DNA of 64,000 bases, from NCBI GenBank assembly GCA_973895155.1, contig OZ316896.1, positions 9,073,539-9,137,538 of the forward strand, given 5' to 3'. The notes beneath the pieces are model-generated. The model searched no databases. It was given only the letters and a program-made list of their open reading frames with translations, and was not told where the DNA came from. Positions within the stretch are counted from its first letter, which is position 1. Every line of letters begins with the position of its first letter. Origin of the DNA: Marsupella aquatica. Taxonomy: Eukaryota > Plantae > Marchantiophyta. Of this stretch, positions 1 through 12,039 are shown one piece after another. A program made the position numbers and the translations under genes.

Positions 1-458
1 TGAATTGTGTTACTTGATAAGACCCCTGAAGATTTGAGTACATTGATTCAAGGTCAGTCAATCAACCGTGTGCATCACTCATGGGTCCTATCAAGTAACA
101 GGTTTCATTTTGGGGTCCCATCAAACAAATTCCTCAACAAAGTTTGGTAAATTTATGTTGAGAAAATACAACATTCACAATGGCGAGCCCATGAACCATC
201 CAATGCATAAATAGATGACACAAAGAGATGTTCACCTAAGTTGAGGTTACATCCATGGGAACACACAAGAACTTTATTGCATTCTAGACCTATCAAATCA
301 TACCGAGTCTCTACAATTATACAAAATCTCTCAACTGGTTCCGTAATCATGAGCTTGTGAGTTCTTGTTATGGAAACACGATTTGAGATATAATGTGTAA
401 TCTAGTTAACCTAATATAGTCTGCAACTAAAGTAAACCTTAAGATAGTTACATTAGTA

Positions 459-686
459 AACTTAGACTAAGAATAAATGTTTAAATTGGGGTTCTTGTGG
501 GAGCTTTGCCCATAACTAAGCTAATTTGTGAAGGTTCTCAATCCTAGCTTTGCTTTAGTAAAACTTAGACTAAGAATAGATGTTTAAGTTGGGGTTCTTG
601 TCGGAGCTTTGCCCATAACTAAGCTAATTTGTGAAGGTTCTCAATCCGAGCTCTGCCCATAATTAGTCTAATTGTGAAGGTTCTTG
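459..686. repeat. Imperfect tandem repeat, ~100-bp unit, about 2.3 copies, upstream of WARS
   Basis: aacttagactaagaata.atgtttaa.ttggggttcttgt.ggagctttgcccataactaagctaatttgtgaaggttctcaatcc occurs at ~459 and ~562, with a partial third copy at ~648-686. Confidence 0.85.
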
Positions 687-1058
687 TGCGAGAGGGCAGG
701 GGTTTCCAATCCCACCATCAACCCTATCTTCCGTAATTATAGCTCGTTCAGATTCAGATCATTCGAAGCAGGGTGAGATGTTCAGCTTCGCCATCGTCAT
801 CCTCGCCTCTCCAATTGAAGGACCGATCGAGATTTGTGACGAGAAATACGTAATGACAATGCGAACTTCACAGTTGGGCTGTTTGTACTGATCGGAACTG
901 TGGGTGCCAATCACCATCTTCGCTTTGAATCTGGCTTTGTGAGCGCTCGCGCATTCTTCAGCACAGTGAGTGGCAGCGTTGGAGACCCCAGCGAATTGAA
1001 GCACTTGCTGTGTGAACTTTGAAGTACACCGACGAGAAGAGTGCTTCCTGCGGCGGTT

Positions 1059-4000
1059 ATGGAAGACTCCAACAATGGGGCCGGTGCTGAAGTTGCAGCG
1101 GCAGCAGTGGAGGAGAATGGGACCGTCGGAATCCAGGGTGGAGAGGCAGAGGCAACAGCGGCAGAAGAGGCGGAGCAGGTTGTGACGCCATGGGAGGTGG
1201 CTGGGAAAGGGGCCATCGACTATGACAAGCTCATCGTCCAGTTTGGGTGCCAGAGATTGGATAGGGCGCTGGTTGAGAGGGTTGAGCACCTCACGGGAAG
1301 GCCAGCCCATCCATTCCTTCGTCGGGGCGTCTTCTTTGCGCACAGGTCTGTTGTTCGTTCCCCTCAGCTCTTTTCCCTTACCTCTTGCACGTGCCTTTGC
1401 CATGCCATCCAATGTGCTCTAAAACGGAATTGGGAAATCATTCTCTGTAGCTGTTCATGTCTCTCTTTTTCACTTGGCAACTGAAGAATCTTTTTGACTT
1501 GGCAACTGAAGAATCTCCTGTAATCTGAGTTCCATTTTTATATTATGCTACTCCCCATGGGGGTTCTAAGATAGCAGACCTAGTAAACCTAATACCACAC
1601 ACGAATCCAGTCTTAAGTCTTCCGACGACTCTTAACAATGAGAGGGGAAGGATCAACGAAGAGTTTAGACAAGATCGTTCCACACTCAATACACAGGCAC
1701 GCGGGATTGCGGAGGGTCAACACTTGGAAATTTGTGAGTCCCCTTTATCCGTTCCAATTGAATTTCCAGAAGTGAACACCTTTCAATGACTCAAGGCCTG
1801 GTTTGTCTTGGTGTTGAATGGAAGCAGGGAGTTCAATCAGATTCTTGATGCGTATGAGAAGGGTGAGAAGTTCTATTTGTACACGGGAAGAGGCCCATCA
1901 TCTGATGCTCTCCACCTTGGGCATTTGGTCCCCTTCATGTTTACAAAGTAAGTACATACCGTAGGATACATAGTTTCCTTTACCCGCTAAACCCTGAACC
2001 CTGAATCCTCAACCCTCAACCTAACTGCAGTAATTCATATTATGATGATTTGTGTGCTTTCTTTGGATAACCTCGGGTGGGTGGTCTGGAAGGCGCTGAT
2101 GGGCTTCTGCTATATATATAAGTGATCTGTTCCTATCCATCCTGAGAAATAATGCTCGCGTTTCGTTGGTTATACACGACAGGTATTTACAAGATGCTTT
2201 CAAAGTACCTCTTGTCATTCAAATAACAGACGATGAAAAGTGCATGTGGAAGGATCTCACGGTTGAGAAGAGCCAACAATTAGGTCGGGAAAATGTAAAG
2301 GATATTATTGCATGCGGCTTCGACATCACTCGCACGTTTATATTTTCAGACTTTGATTATGTTGGAGGGTAAGGATGTCAAGACGAACTCTGTAACACTG
2401 TGTCGGTGTGAAAGGACAAAATGAGTCGGATAGGAATATTCGGATATTAGTCTGCATTACTCCCACGGGGTCAGGCTTCTTCTGCTCTTTTAGATTTATT
2501 GCATGTCCTTAGACCAATCTTCAGCAGCATCTTCGAATTTTCGAGTTCACAGCCTCTTTTACTTGAATGTGCTGGCGTGTAGGAGCTTGAAAGTTGTTTG
2601 CTGAACCATTTGAACAGTTCAACATCCCTATTTTAAGCAGCTTACATACAAAGATTGTTTTCACCCTTCTGTATCGGATGTCATTGTTATGATCAATTCC
2701 GTCTGAAAGAGTTGAATGTGCATTACAGGGAGTTCTACCGGAACATGGTCAGAATTTCCAAGTGCGTGACGCTGAACCAGGTGAAGACTCCACCCTCGGT
2801 GCTCTTGGCTCGCTTAGATTTTAGTAGTTCTCAACAATTTCAGTTATCTCCTTTTTGCGTCCTGCTCCCTGTCTTGTTGAAGTTCGGTACTATGCTTCAA
2901 GGCCAGTAGTCCTTCTCCATTCCCGCGACATTGGCAAGCCCCTGTATGGCTCTTTTATTCATCTCAAATATTTGAGAGAAAAGGTGGTGCAATCTCGGAG
3001 GCCCGTCTATGTCAATAGCACGTTGCTGATGCAAATTCGTTTTCCAGATCAGGGGAATTTTTGGCTTCGTTGGTGAGGATCACGTCGGGAAAGTTAGTTT
3101 TCCCCCAGTGCAGGTGATGTCTTTCTACAAGCCCTGAAGCCAGTTCAGATCGCAGGTCGTAGTATTATGTTGCTATTGTTCCTGTTTCGTAGGTCTCCTA
3201 TTGATTGAATAAGATAGGATGTTTATCAGTTTGATAGGTTTGGAGCCTCACAGTTGCCGAATGACTTACAATTGGTTCGTTTATAAATCAGGCAGCTCCA
3301 TCCTTTCCCACATCCTTTCCACATCTTTTTGGTCAAAGGAAGGATATTCGCTGCTTGATACCGTGTGCAATTGATCAGGTGATTGTCAACAACTCTTGTC
3401 CTAAACGTCATTTCCAATTTCACTTTGTTCTCCTTGTAAACTTTCCCAAGACTCAATCCATCGTGGCAGTGTCTAACTTATTTTGATATATCTCAGGATC
3501 CATATTTCAGAATGACCAGAGACGTTGCTCCTCGAATTGGTTTGCTGAAACCGGCCTTAATTGAGTCATCGTTCTTTCCAGCTTTACAGGTTGGTGGAAA
3601 GGCCTGATTACCGTATTCCCAACGCCTGGTTTGTAGTTATTATGTACGAACAGCCACCTCATCATCACTGTTGTTGGATTGAGAATATCTCTCTTTCAGC
3701 TGAGGCTAAACAAGCGTGGTGAATTGGGTTGCAGATGTTCCATATGTATACGCTAACGGAATTTAATAATCACTGTGTGGTCAGGGTGACTCCGGCAAGA
3801 TGTCAGCCAGTGACAAAACAACTGCTATTTATGTCACCGACACTCTCAAGGAAATTAGTACGAAAGTAAGTGAAAGACACCTTTTACTTGGGCAATGATA
3901 CCAAGGTACTAATTAGGAGTGTTTGTGCACCTCAACCTCCAGAAATGTGAGCTACCAGCTCTACCTGTGATTAGAAGGATGGTATGCATTGAACAAAAAA

Positions 4001-5101
4001 TTAGCAAATGTTTGTCCCGAGGGTGATGCCTTGGGTGTACAGAAAGCTTGCAGTTGCTGAGTAAGTCTGCTGTGCAGATAAAGAAGTACGCATTTTCTGG
4101 AGGAGGAGCCACCATGGAAGAACATAAAAAAAACGGTGCCAACCTTGAGGTCCGGATAACGTCTCTTGTCATGAGCAATTTGATCGATATCAATCTGTGA
4201 AGTGTATGATGTTTGTCTGTACTTACAGTATAGGCTGTCTCGAAATCTAGCATGTCCTGTGGTTTGTTCGTGATTATCGACTGAGAATCTAGATTTGTTC
4301 TCCTACTCCTCCCTTTGGCAGGTCGATATATCTATCAAATACCTTTCATTTTTCCTAGATGATGATGCGGAGCTTGAAAGAATCAAAGAGGTGAGTTTTC
4401 TTAGCAAGGATGTAGTCTGAATAGCTTCTGTCCTGATATTTACTTTCACACATTTTAAAATGATGGCTTAGCCAGCTTTTGTGAATAAGGGTGTTGTTGA
4501 ATGCTGCTCGTCACTGGCTTTTATATTGCAACAAGCAAAGTCGCGTTGTTTTTCACATGGGCAGCTGTGCAGGAGTATGGTGCTGGAAGAATGTTCACTG
4601 GACACGTCAAACAACGCCTGATTGAAGTTTTGAGTGGAATTGTTGAGCGACATCGGAAAGCCCGTTTGGCAGTTACTGATGAGGTTAATCTGCTTTCCTT
4701 TATCAAGCTAAATTGCAGTTTAGCTGTTCGGGAAATTCTTATTGAATAACAGAAAAGCACAGAGGGATGGCTAGAAGCTCCTGTGTGAATCTTTACATAG
4801 GTGAACAGCATTGAGTTAATGTTTCGATTAGAAGGCTGTATTCTCAACGTACTAAGGAAAAAGCATATAAAGTTGTTTCTGGGCTAAACAATGATTTTGT
4901 GATTTCAGATACATGATGCCAAAGTGAGTCGGAATTAATGGCCTCTGTAATTAATGGCCTCTGTAGAAATGTTTTGCAGTGTTATAATGATAGGGCTAAA
5001 GGTTGTATCTAGAATCTTTCTTTATTCATTAGTTTGGTGGTGTGTAACAGATGGTAGATGCATTCATGGCTGTGAGGCCTTTGCCTCAAATGTTCAGCTA
5101 A
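1059..5101 (+). CDS. WARS: Cytosolic tryptophanyl-tRNA synthetase, 12 exons
   Basis: Exons traced with GT-AG boundaries and a consistent frame: 1059-1345, 1828-1947, 2183-2368, 2729-2780, 3048-3113, 3292-3378, 3497-3589, 3785-3865, 4078-4149, 4322-4390, 4573-4683, 5051-5101. Motifs: [35 protein letters not shown] (HIGH-like), [28 protein letters not shown] (KMSKS-like) and terminal AFMAVRPL. Confidence 0.97.
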
Positions 5102-6961
5102 TATTATCAAAAACCTTTCTCTAACCAAGGTATGTTTAGCACAAACCCTCCCTTGTCTGGTAGCTTCATACGGGTGGTCTAACGTCTTACAGGCGCGTGA
5201 GCTATAAGGGAAAATTGAAAAAGAAGCCAGAGTACCTCTTGATTGGTTCTTGTCATGAAGTCATGAATCTCTTTTGTTGTGCATGCAATCCTGATGTCAC
5301 CTTAAAAATGTGAATCAGGAGTTTTAAGAGAATGTGGTCCTCGCAAGGCAGGGCTGGACAGAGTAGTCAGGCCAGATTTCCTCTATTTGGAGCTTCTTTT
5401 TTGGTGGAGATTTGTACGGCACAGATTCCTGAATCGAGCTGCTGTCCGTTCTGATAACTCTGTTTCCTCTCACCTTCCGTCGGATGTTGTAGAGAAATAT
5501 TTCCCCTGGCTAGTGGAGTCATCATCATGGCGTCCTTCCATTAAAATGCAATAGACATTCAGGTAAATCACCTCGTCTTCCATCAGATGTGTATTATATG
5601 TGATACGTTGAGCTCTATTTTTCTTCCACATGAGCATATATTGCTACGTTGAGTGTTTGCTAAAGAAAATAGTGAAGCAATAGACAGACTAGGTTGACTG
5701 TTAAAGCTGTCAGAAGTGTCAATGGTTCGCAAGTTCGGGTGGGTATTTTGATGATGTTAATGCCGTACAATATCAGACTGATCTAAACTTACTTCTGATA
5801 GGACTAGATGGATTTTTGGTTTTGAAATCGTGTAGTGTGTATATCCATGATGACCCATCTGGTTTTACGAAATGTCAACTTGTTGATATGTGAAAGGAAC
5901 ATGAAAGGTTAATTCTGTGTTCAGAGATCTGAAGCTTAGCGTGTTCCCTTCATGAGCAGATCAGAGCTAGGATCACAGCTCTTTGTAGATCCGCATCCGT
6001 GCTGATTACGTCTCCAACTGACATCTCTGAATGAACACGGTACGACAGCTGCCGAGCTAAAACTGAGTCTAATATTCTGGGCAGATGGGGGAGAAACTGC
6101 AGGTTTAGGACGCCCACATTATATTGAAAAATTCAGATTGATCTCTTTGTAATTTAGCTCCACAAATGATATCAAACTTTATTTCCAAGCGCCACAGTGG
6201 AATCCCAACTAGGGGCACTCGTGAGGGTAGATGTGTTCAAGAAACTTAGAGTCATCATGCTTGTTTCTGTCAAGCTCAATTTTGAATGTTCCACTTCGTT
6301 CTCGTCTGTACAATGGATCTCTTTTCGTTGTATTGCATTAACAAGAAATATCAATTCAGGAATATTGGGTGGAGGTTTCAGAGCTCTTCCTGGGAGGGAA
6401 TGTTCACCTCTGGGAAATTTAGTGCTGAATATCTTGAACAACTCATAATGTGGAACCCTAAACCCTGTACTCCTTGACACCTCAAGATTCTTTTGACACC
6501 CTCTGATGGCTATCCACATGACCTGCTCAGGGGTACAGTTTTCTTAGATAATTATTTAGTTTTTAATTTGCTGCAGGCAAGACTATTTCTTATTTTTCAG
6601 ACCATTTTACGTATAGAAAAACCCCCTCAAACTTTTTCTTTACTTCTGTATGAAATTTGTTTTAGTGTCTTTCCGGTTGGCATTGTCTCTTTCTACAAGG
6701 ATACTCTCTCACCTTTTACCCCCAATCAAGTGCTTTAACCTATGTGTAGGACTCAGTTGACATGAAAGATTCACTAAGGTCTATAAAACCCCCAATTAAG
6801 TGCTTCAACCTGTGTGTGGCACTAAATTGACATTGAGATTCAGTAACGTTTAGGTGAACCCGTTGATGGTGCTGATTACCCAACCAACTGCAACCCTTCA
6901 ATTAATGTATATTCTGAACGGAAAGGTTACCGGTGGGTAACCATTTCTAGTCCACGTATAT

Positions 6962-7243
6962 GTGCCTATTCTCATAATCTAGTGCTCATAATCTGGTGCC
7001 TATTCTCATAATCTAGTGCTCATAATCTGGTGCCTGAAAATAGAGTGGACAGGATTTACGTACAACAAGTGAGTTCCAGGCAGGGTTCTAAACTCTAACC
7101 TTGTTACCTGGATGTTTGAAAAAGCTTCCCGGCTGTTTCTGGTCAGCCTATTCTCACATTCTGGATGCAGGGTTATGGTTTCTGGTCAGCTTATTCTCAC
7201 ATTCTGGATGTAGGGTTACACATTCTGGATGCAGGGTTATGGT
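6962..7243. repeat. Two short local tandem duplications
   Basis: gtgcctattctcataatctagtgctcataatctg occurs twice (6962-7035). ctcacattctggatg(c/t)agggtta occurs about three times (7135-7243). Confidence 0.75.
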
Positions 7244-7566
7244 GTAGTAACCCTCTCCCACCACTGGTTATCGTATAAGTAAATTAACTTGCAGCCCACT
7301 GCTCCATACTTTTGCAACACAGTGCAAAAAAGACCCAATTGGCATTTGTTTTCACCTGGGCACTAAGGTAGAAAACACTGTGCAAAAAGGACCCAATTGA
7401 AGCAACTGGCTTAGAACAGTTGGCCAGAAAATTAATCTAGTATCAAGAGGTCCCAGGTTTCATTGCCCCTCATGCAAGGGGTGTGGAGAATATTTGTGTG
7501 GGTGGGGTGTAGTGGGAATAGTTACTCTCTCAACTCCTGGCTGGTCCACTTTAGGGCCCTAGTTTA

Positions 7567-7880
7567 GGGGCAGTCTTGCACGAAGAAGGTCCTGAAAACA
7601 TCAGCCCTTACCACTCCTACATTGCCAGCAAAAAGTGCATTGCAAAGCTCCACTAAACCACCTAAGGAAATTCATTTCAGTTGTTTGATTAGAAATTTAA
7701 AGGTTGGGATGTTAGAGCCAGAAACTTTCTGGCCCTTGCCCTTTAGTATGCTGAAATGCTGCCTCCACACCTGCCTCTTGAGGGGGTTTAGGCACAACTG
7801 TCTCCTTCACTCATAGAAAGCCATCAGTTAACTTTACTAAGGGCCTATTTTGTGAGGACCTTCTACATCCAAGATGGCCC
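7567..7880. mobile_element. PIF/Harbinger (Tourist-like) MITE
   Basis: Left end TTA|ggggcagtcttgcacgaagaaggtcctg; right end reverse complement gggccatcttggatgtagaaggtcctc, followed by TTA (7881-7883). Confidence 0.65.
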
Positions 7881-8237
7881 TTAGGGCTGTCTTGCATGTG
7901 AAAGTCCTTGAGTTTCAGTCCAATCAGCAATCTATCTTTATCAACAGCCATACTCTGACCAAGTATAAGCCGGTTAGATACAGAAACCTTTTTTGAAAAA
8001 AATAAAATCACGATTTATTCCGCGTGAACCCCACGGATGGGGGGACCAGAAACGTTTCAATCTTAATTCACATCACAACACATACAGTCTCAGATCTGCC
8101 AAGCTTGAAAAAGGGCATTCACGTTTGTGGTGTCAAGGTCTTTTTCATCTTAACCAAAATCCAGGTTTTGGCCTGCTACTTTCGTAGCGGTCTGGAACGA
8201 AAGTACAGAATGAAATGAGAGAATCTGAAGAGAGGAA

Positions 8238-9117
8238 CAGCACTTGAGAGATAGAATGCATGTCGACGCGGGAGCTCAATCACCACTGAACAGCCCCACC
8301 TGGCATCACCATTCTCTGGCTTGTGGGGTCCCGCCTTCATTTCTTCATCGTTTTGCTTCTCGTTGGACTATCGCAGCTTCAGTTTTTCAATTGGGCTTGT
8401 TACCAGTCTTGTCGTCTTGAGCTTCATCAAGGAGTCTCTAACATGTGTACTTGTCACTCGTCTGGTTAGATCGACTTTGTATCGACTGCCAACAGATCCT
8501 TGTGGTGAGTTCTCACTTCTCTATTTCGAATGTATCTTCCCTCCATATATAGTTAGATCTGACTGGTAATTAGCTATTGTATCTCTCAATTATTTTGCAC
8601 TTTATTAACGTCTCAGGGTGCAAACATGGGATCATTAATTTGGCACTGCGAATGTGTTGGAATATATTGGGCAACAGACCACCGGCAGCACTTGAGAGAT
8701 AGAATGCATGTCGTCGCGGGAGCTCAATCACCACTGAACAGCCCCGCCTGGCATCACCATTCTCTGGCTCGTGGGGTCCCGCCTTCATTTCTTCATCGTT
8801 TTGCTTCTCATTGGACTATTGCAGCTTCAGTTTTTCAATTGGGCTTGTTACCAGTCTTGTCGTCTTGAGCTTCATCAAGGAGTCTCTAACGTGTGTACTT
8901 GTCACTCGTCTGGTTAGATCGACTTTGTATCGGCTGCTGCTGCCAACAGATCCTTGTGGTGAGTTCTCCCTTCTCTATTTCGAATGTATCTTCCCTCCAT
9001 ATATAGTTAGATCTGACTGGTAATTAGCTATTGCATCTCTCAATTATTTTGCACTTTATTAACTCAGGGTGCAAGCATGGGATCATTAATTTGGCACTGT
9101 GAATGTGTTGGAATATA
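8238..9117. repeat. Near-identical tandem duplication, ~430-450-bp unit, 2 copies
   Basis: Copy 1 ~8238-8667 and copy 2 ~8686-9117 both begin cagcacttgagagatagaatgcatgtcg and end gaatgtgttggaatatat. The ORF track shows the duplicated peptides (8321.. and 8811..). Confidence 0.95.
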
Positions 9118-9373
9118 TATATTGCACGTTGTTTCACGGGAGAAAGGTGCGAAAATAATCCCAGCTAGATAATACACTTGACCTCCCGTGCAAATCTGAT
9201 ATTCAGAGATAATACACTCGACCACCCCTCTGATATTCAGGCCTGTGTTAAGTGCATAATTTCTTTTCGCTTCTAAACACTATTTCTCGGTGCTTTTCTT
9301 AGAGTTCGTTCGTGCAAAAGAGAAAAGTTTTGCTGTGATTATGTTGTGCCTCCCCCGAGAGTCCTGTGGGCAG

Positions 9374-9675
9374 GATAGAGATGGATACTCCGAGCTTGTA
9401 TAGGAGGAGAGATTGATGGACAATGGTTTAATTAACAAAGAGGCGATTTGATCGCATGCGCAAGTATGCAGAGAATGATGTCATTGTCCCAGCGAAGTTT
9501 AAAGAGTTTCTGAACGCAGAGCAAGGTGAAACCGAGGTTACATTGGGTGATGCCGAGAAGATTATCAATGAGCACGAGAATACGATATTGATGAAAGCGA
9601 AGCACTCCTTCACGTTGGATGCATTCCTCCAGTACCTTCTCGACCCCGGCTGTCAACATTGCTTACTTAAACAAG
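9374..9675 (+). pseudogene. Orphan exon of phosphoinositide-specific phospholipase C (N-terminal EF-hand-like region)
   Basis: KYAENDVIVPAKFKEFLNAEQGETEVTLGDAEKIINE...FTLDAFLQYLLD resembles the plant PI-PLC EF-hand-like N-terminus (KYSEN..M....L..FL...Q......EDA..II....LDAFF.YL). It is bounded by a CAG acceptor (9371-9373) and a GTGAG donor (9676), has in-frame stops upstream of 9456, and no X/Y catalytic exons are visible nearby. Confidence 0.7.
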
Positions 9676-11362
9676 GTGAGATGAAACTAGACGCGTCAAT
9701 TTTTCCGTTTCTCATGTCTCGAGTAAGGCACGAATTAGAGTGGAGCCAATCCAGTACTTCACGGTGAATTCTAGCACACTATTGTGGCTGCGATAGTCGG
9801 CAGATCGGTGCAGATTGACTTGTGTGTTCTGACAAGTCAATCCCCCTCTCGTCTCTCTTCTCTCGTCTTGCTTCTCCTCCTCGTCTCTCTTCTCCTCTTC
9901 GTCCTCTTTGTCGTCTTCGTCGACCTTTGTGTCTTCGACTTCTTCCTTTTCCAGAGTTCTGCAATTCTCTCGAGTCAGAGTGTCTCCGCGAGTGCTTTTT
10001 TACTGCGGAGTGAATTACCTTACCTTGACGCCCCCACGGGACGCGTTGACTGCTGGCCCAAGATTAGTAGGCTGGACCGTTGGAAGTAGCGGCGCTCTGA
10101 TTATTAGCATCCGACAAGTTCAACACGACAACTTGGCCCCGGAGTCCCGGACACATTAGGGGCTGCCCTTTGCACGAGGGCCTGATTTGTCCTTAGTTGA
10201 ACTACAGTTAATTAAGGAGAATTACACCAGCATGTTTTTAACTAAATGGCCACTAGCCATATCAGTGTATTTTATAAGGTTTTTACTTTTTCGCCAGTGA
10301 CGAATGTACGATGCTAGAAATATTTCTTATTTGATTATTTTACTGACCATCTATAAAGCTGTTATTCTATAAAGCTGTGAAGAGGGTCAATATATGGCGG
10401 ATCTTTAGAGGTACGGATGGCTCATAGGCAGTTTTGTGACTTTCGTGGTAGGAAGCTGCCTTCAATCTGTCCCAAGATAAGGTTGGGAAATTGGCATAGA
10501 GGGTGACCTTGCCGTGTATGTTGTATGATATTGTGGCCGTTTCAGCCAATTCTTTTGATGCTTCAACCGAGTGGTTGTTGCACCTCACTGGTCACGTCAA
10601 GTGAACTACTATACTACTGCGTTTATGTCCGCTAAGGCCCCTGGTGGCTGGTCGAGTAGAACTCCCACACCAATTGCATCCCCATCCTTCGTGTTGCTCA
10701 AAAGTTGGCAAGAGGACTTGGAAAGTTCCCTGCCCATCGAGTCAGCACTCTAACGTCTTCCGGGGAAAGGTTGGGGAAAGATGCTTCCAAGATAAAAATC
10801 TCCGAGGCAGTCTCCTCCGTGTTTCCTTGTAGTTCTCCATTTTCTTCTCCATCTGTCGTTTTCAACTTATTAAATTTAGTTAACTGAGTTCTCAAATTAT
10901 CTAGCTACATCTTTGGATACTATATGCTTCAACATCCCAAGATATTAATTGCACCCCTTGTTTACTCACAGTAGTCAACAAGTCTGGTTAACTACATGCA
11001 TGAATGGTCTTAGTGTACACATATATGACATTGAAATCTACAATTTATTATGCAACCCTGAGGATTATCATTGCAATGATAATAATTCTTTTGAATCCCA
11101 TGGGGAAACCTTTGTATCTTATCTCATTCATATCCTTGTATGAAATGGTGTTGCAGAGTTCTTTTGGCTTTTCATGTGAACACAGAATCGAGGTGTAGGG
11201 TGAGCAATTGTAGTAGTAGGTCAGATCTCTGCGTGGGCTCACCAAACTGAAGGTAGGGCTGGTGTCCATCCTATACACAGTGACACTTCCAATTCATTCC
11301 AATTACAGCAAATGTCTTTCCAATATGTCAACTAAACTGCAATGTCTTATTGATTTGTAGGC

Positions 11363-12039
11363 ATGGCACGTAACAAGCAGAAGGCCAAGAAGCCTAAGAC
11401 GGAGGTGAGCAACATGCAAGTGTCTGGGACAGATTGTGAGAAGTTCTCCAAGAGTCAAGTGTACCAGAAGGCAGCTCATTGTTGTGCCATTTGTGATGAT
11501 GGTGGGGGCTTGGTTATCTGTGATGGCCCATGCATGAGACATTTTCACCTGAACCCTGAGTCTAACCTTGCCGTAGAGAACAACTTTCCAGGGGTGGGCC
11601 TCCCCTCTGCACATGAGGGAGCTTGGATGTGCACTGATTGTGTAGAGAAGCAAGCTAAGTGTGCATAGTGTGGGAAGTTGGGGTCTTATGAGACCTTTGC
11701 TGATGCCGGACCAATTGTTAGGAAATGCCCTGACAAATTTTGCATGAGATTTTATTGTTTGTCATGTTTGCCTACTCATGCCACAATTTGCCCACTTCAT
11801 ACATGCAAGGCCTGTGGTGAGCATGATGATGAGTATTGGACAGACATAGTCCATTGTGTTAGATGTCCCACAATGTGGCATTTTCATTGCTTGAAGGACC
11901 AGCAGAAGGCTATGCTTGTGACAGAGAAATCTATGATCACTCTGCACATGGCGTTGATCGATGGATCTTTTATTGTCATCGTCATCCAATTGATCCTACT
12001 TTGCGCATTCCTGTCAGAGATCACATATCTTGGCTTTGA
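11363..12039 (+). pseudogene. Intronless EDM2-type tandem PHD-finger module, disrupted
   Basis: CAICDDGGGLVICDGPCMRHFH...CTDC...KCA*CGKLGS...CPDKFCMRFYCLSC...ICPLHTCKACG...CVRCPTMWHFHCL, then after a frameshift near 11910-11930, RWIFYCHRHPIDPTLRIPVRDHISW. This is collinear with the EDM2 PHD region as recalled (CAICDNGG..CEG.C.RSFH...CPLHKC..C...CRRCPKSYH..CL...LIYC..HEID..L.TPVRDH). In-frame TAG at 11666-11668. Confidence 0.8.

Noticed and set aside
759-1412. 217-aa minus-strand ORF
   Set aside because: It is the antisense shadow of the GC-rich first exon of WARS.
6172-6738. Cluster of short ORFs downstream of WARS; likewise 12773-13156, 16044-16562, 40645-40935 and 44264-44578
   Set aside because: No recognisable motifs or coherent exon structure; they may be old TE debris but this cannot be supported.
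9783-10155. TGT...ACA-bounded segment with a CT-rich tract, resembling a solo LTR
   Set aside because: There is no matching 4-6-bp TSD (actat versus ttagg) and no second copy in the window.
11666-11668. In-frame TAG/TGA codons (also 41939, ~42248) as U-to-C editing or readthrough sites
   Set aside because: U-to-C editing is known from organelles, not nuclear genes. The accompanying frameshift and multiple stops fit ordinary pseudogenisation.
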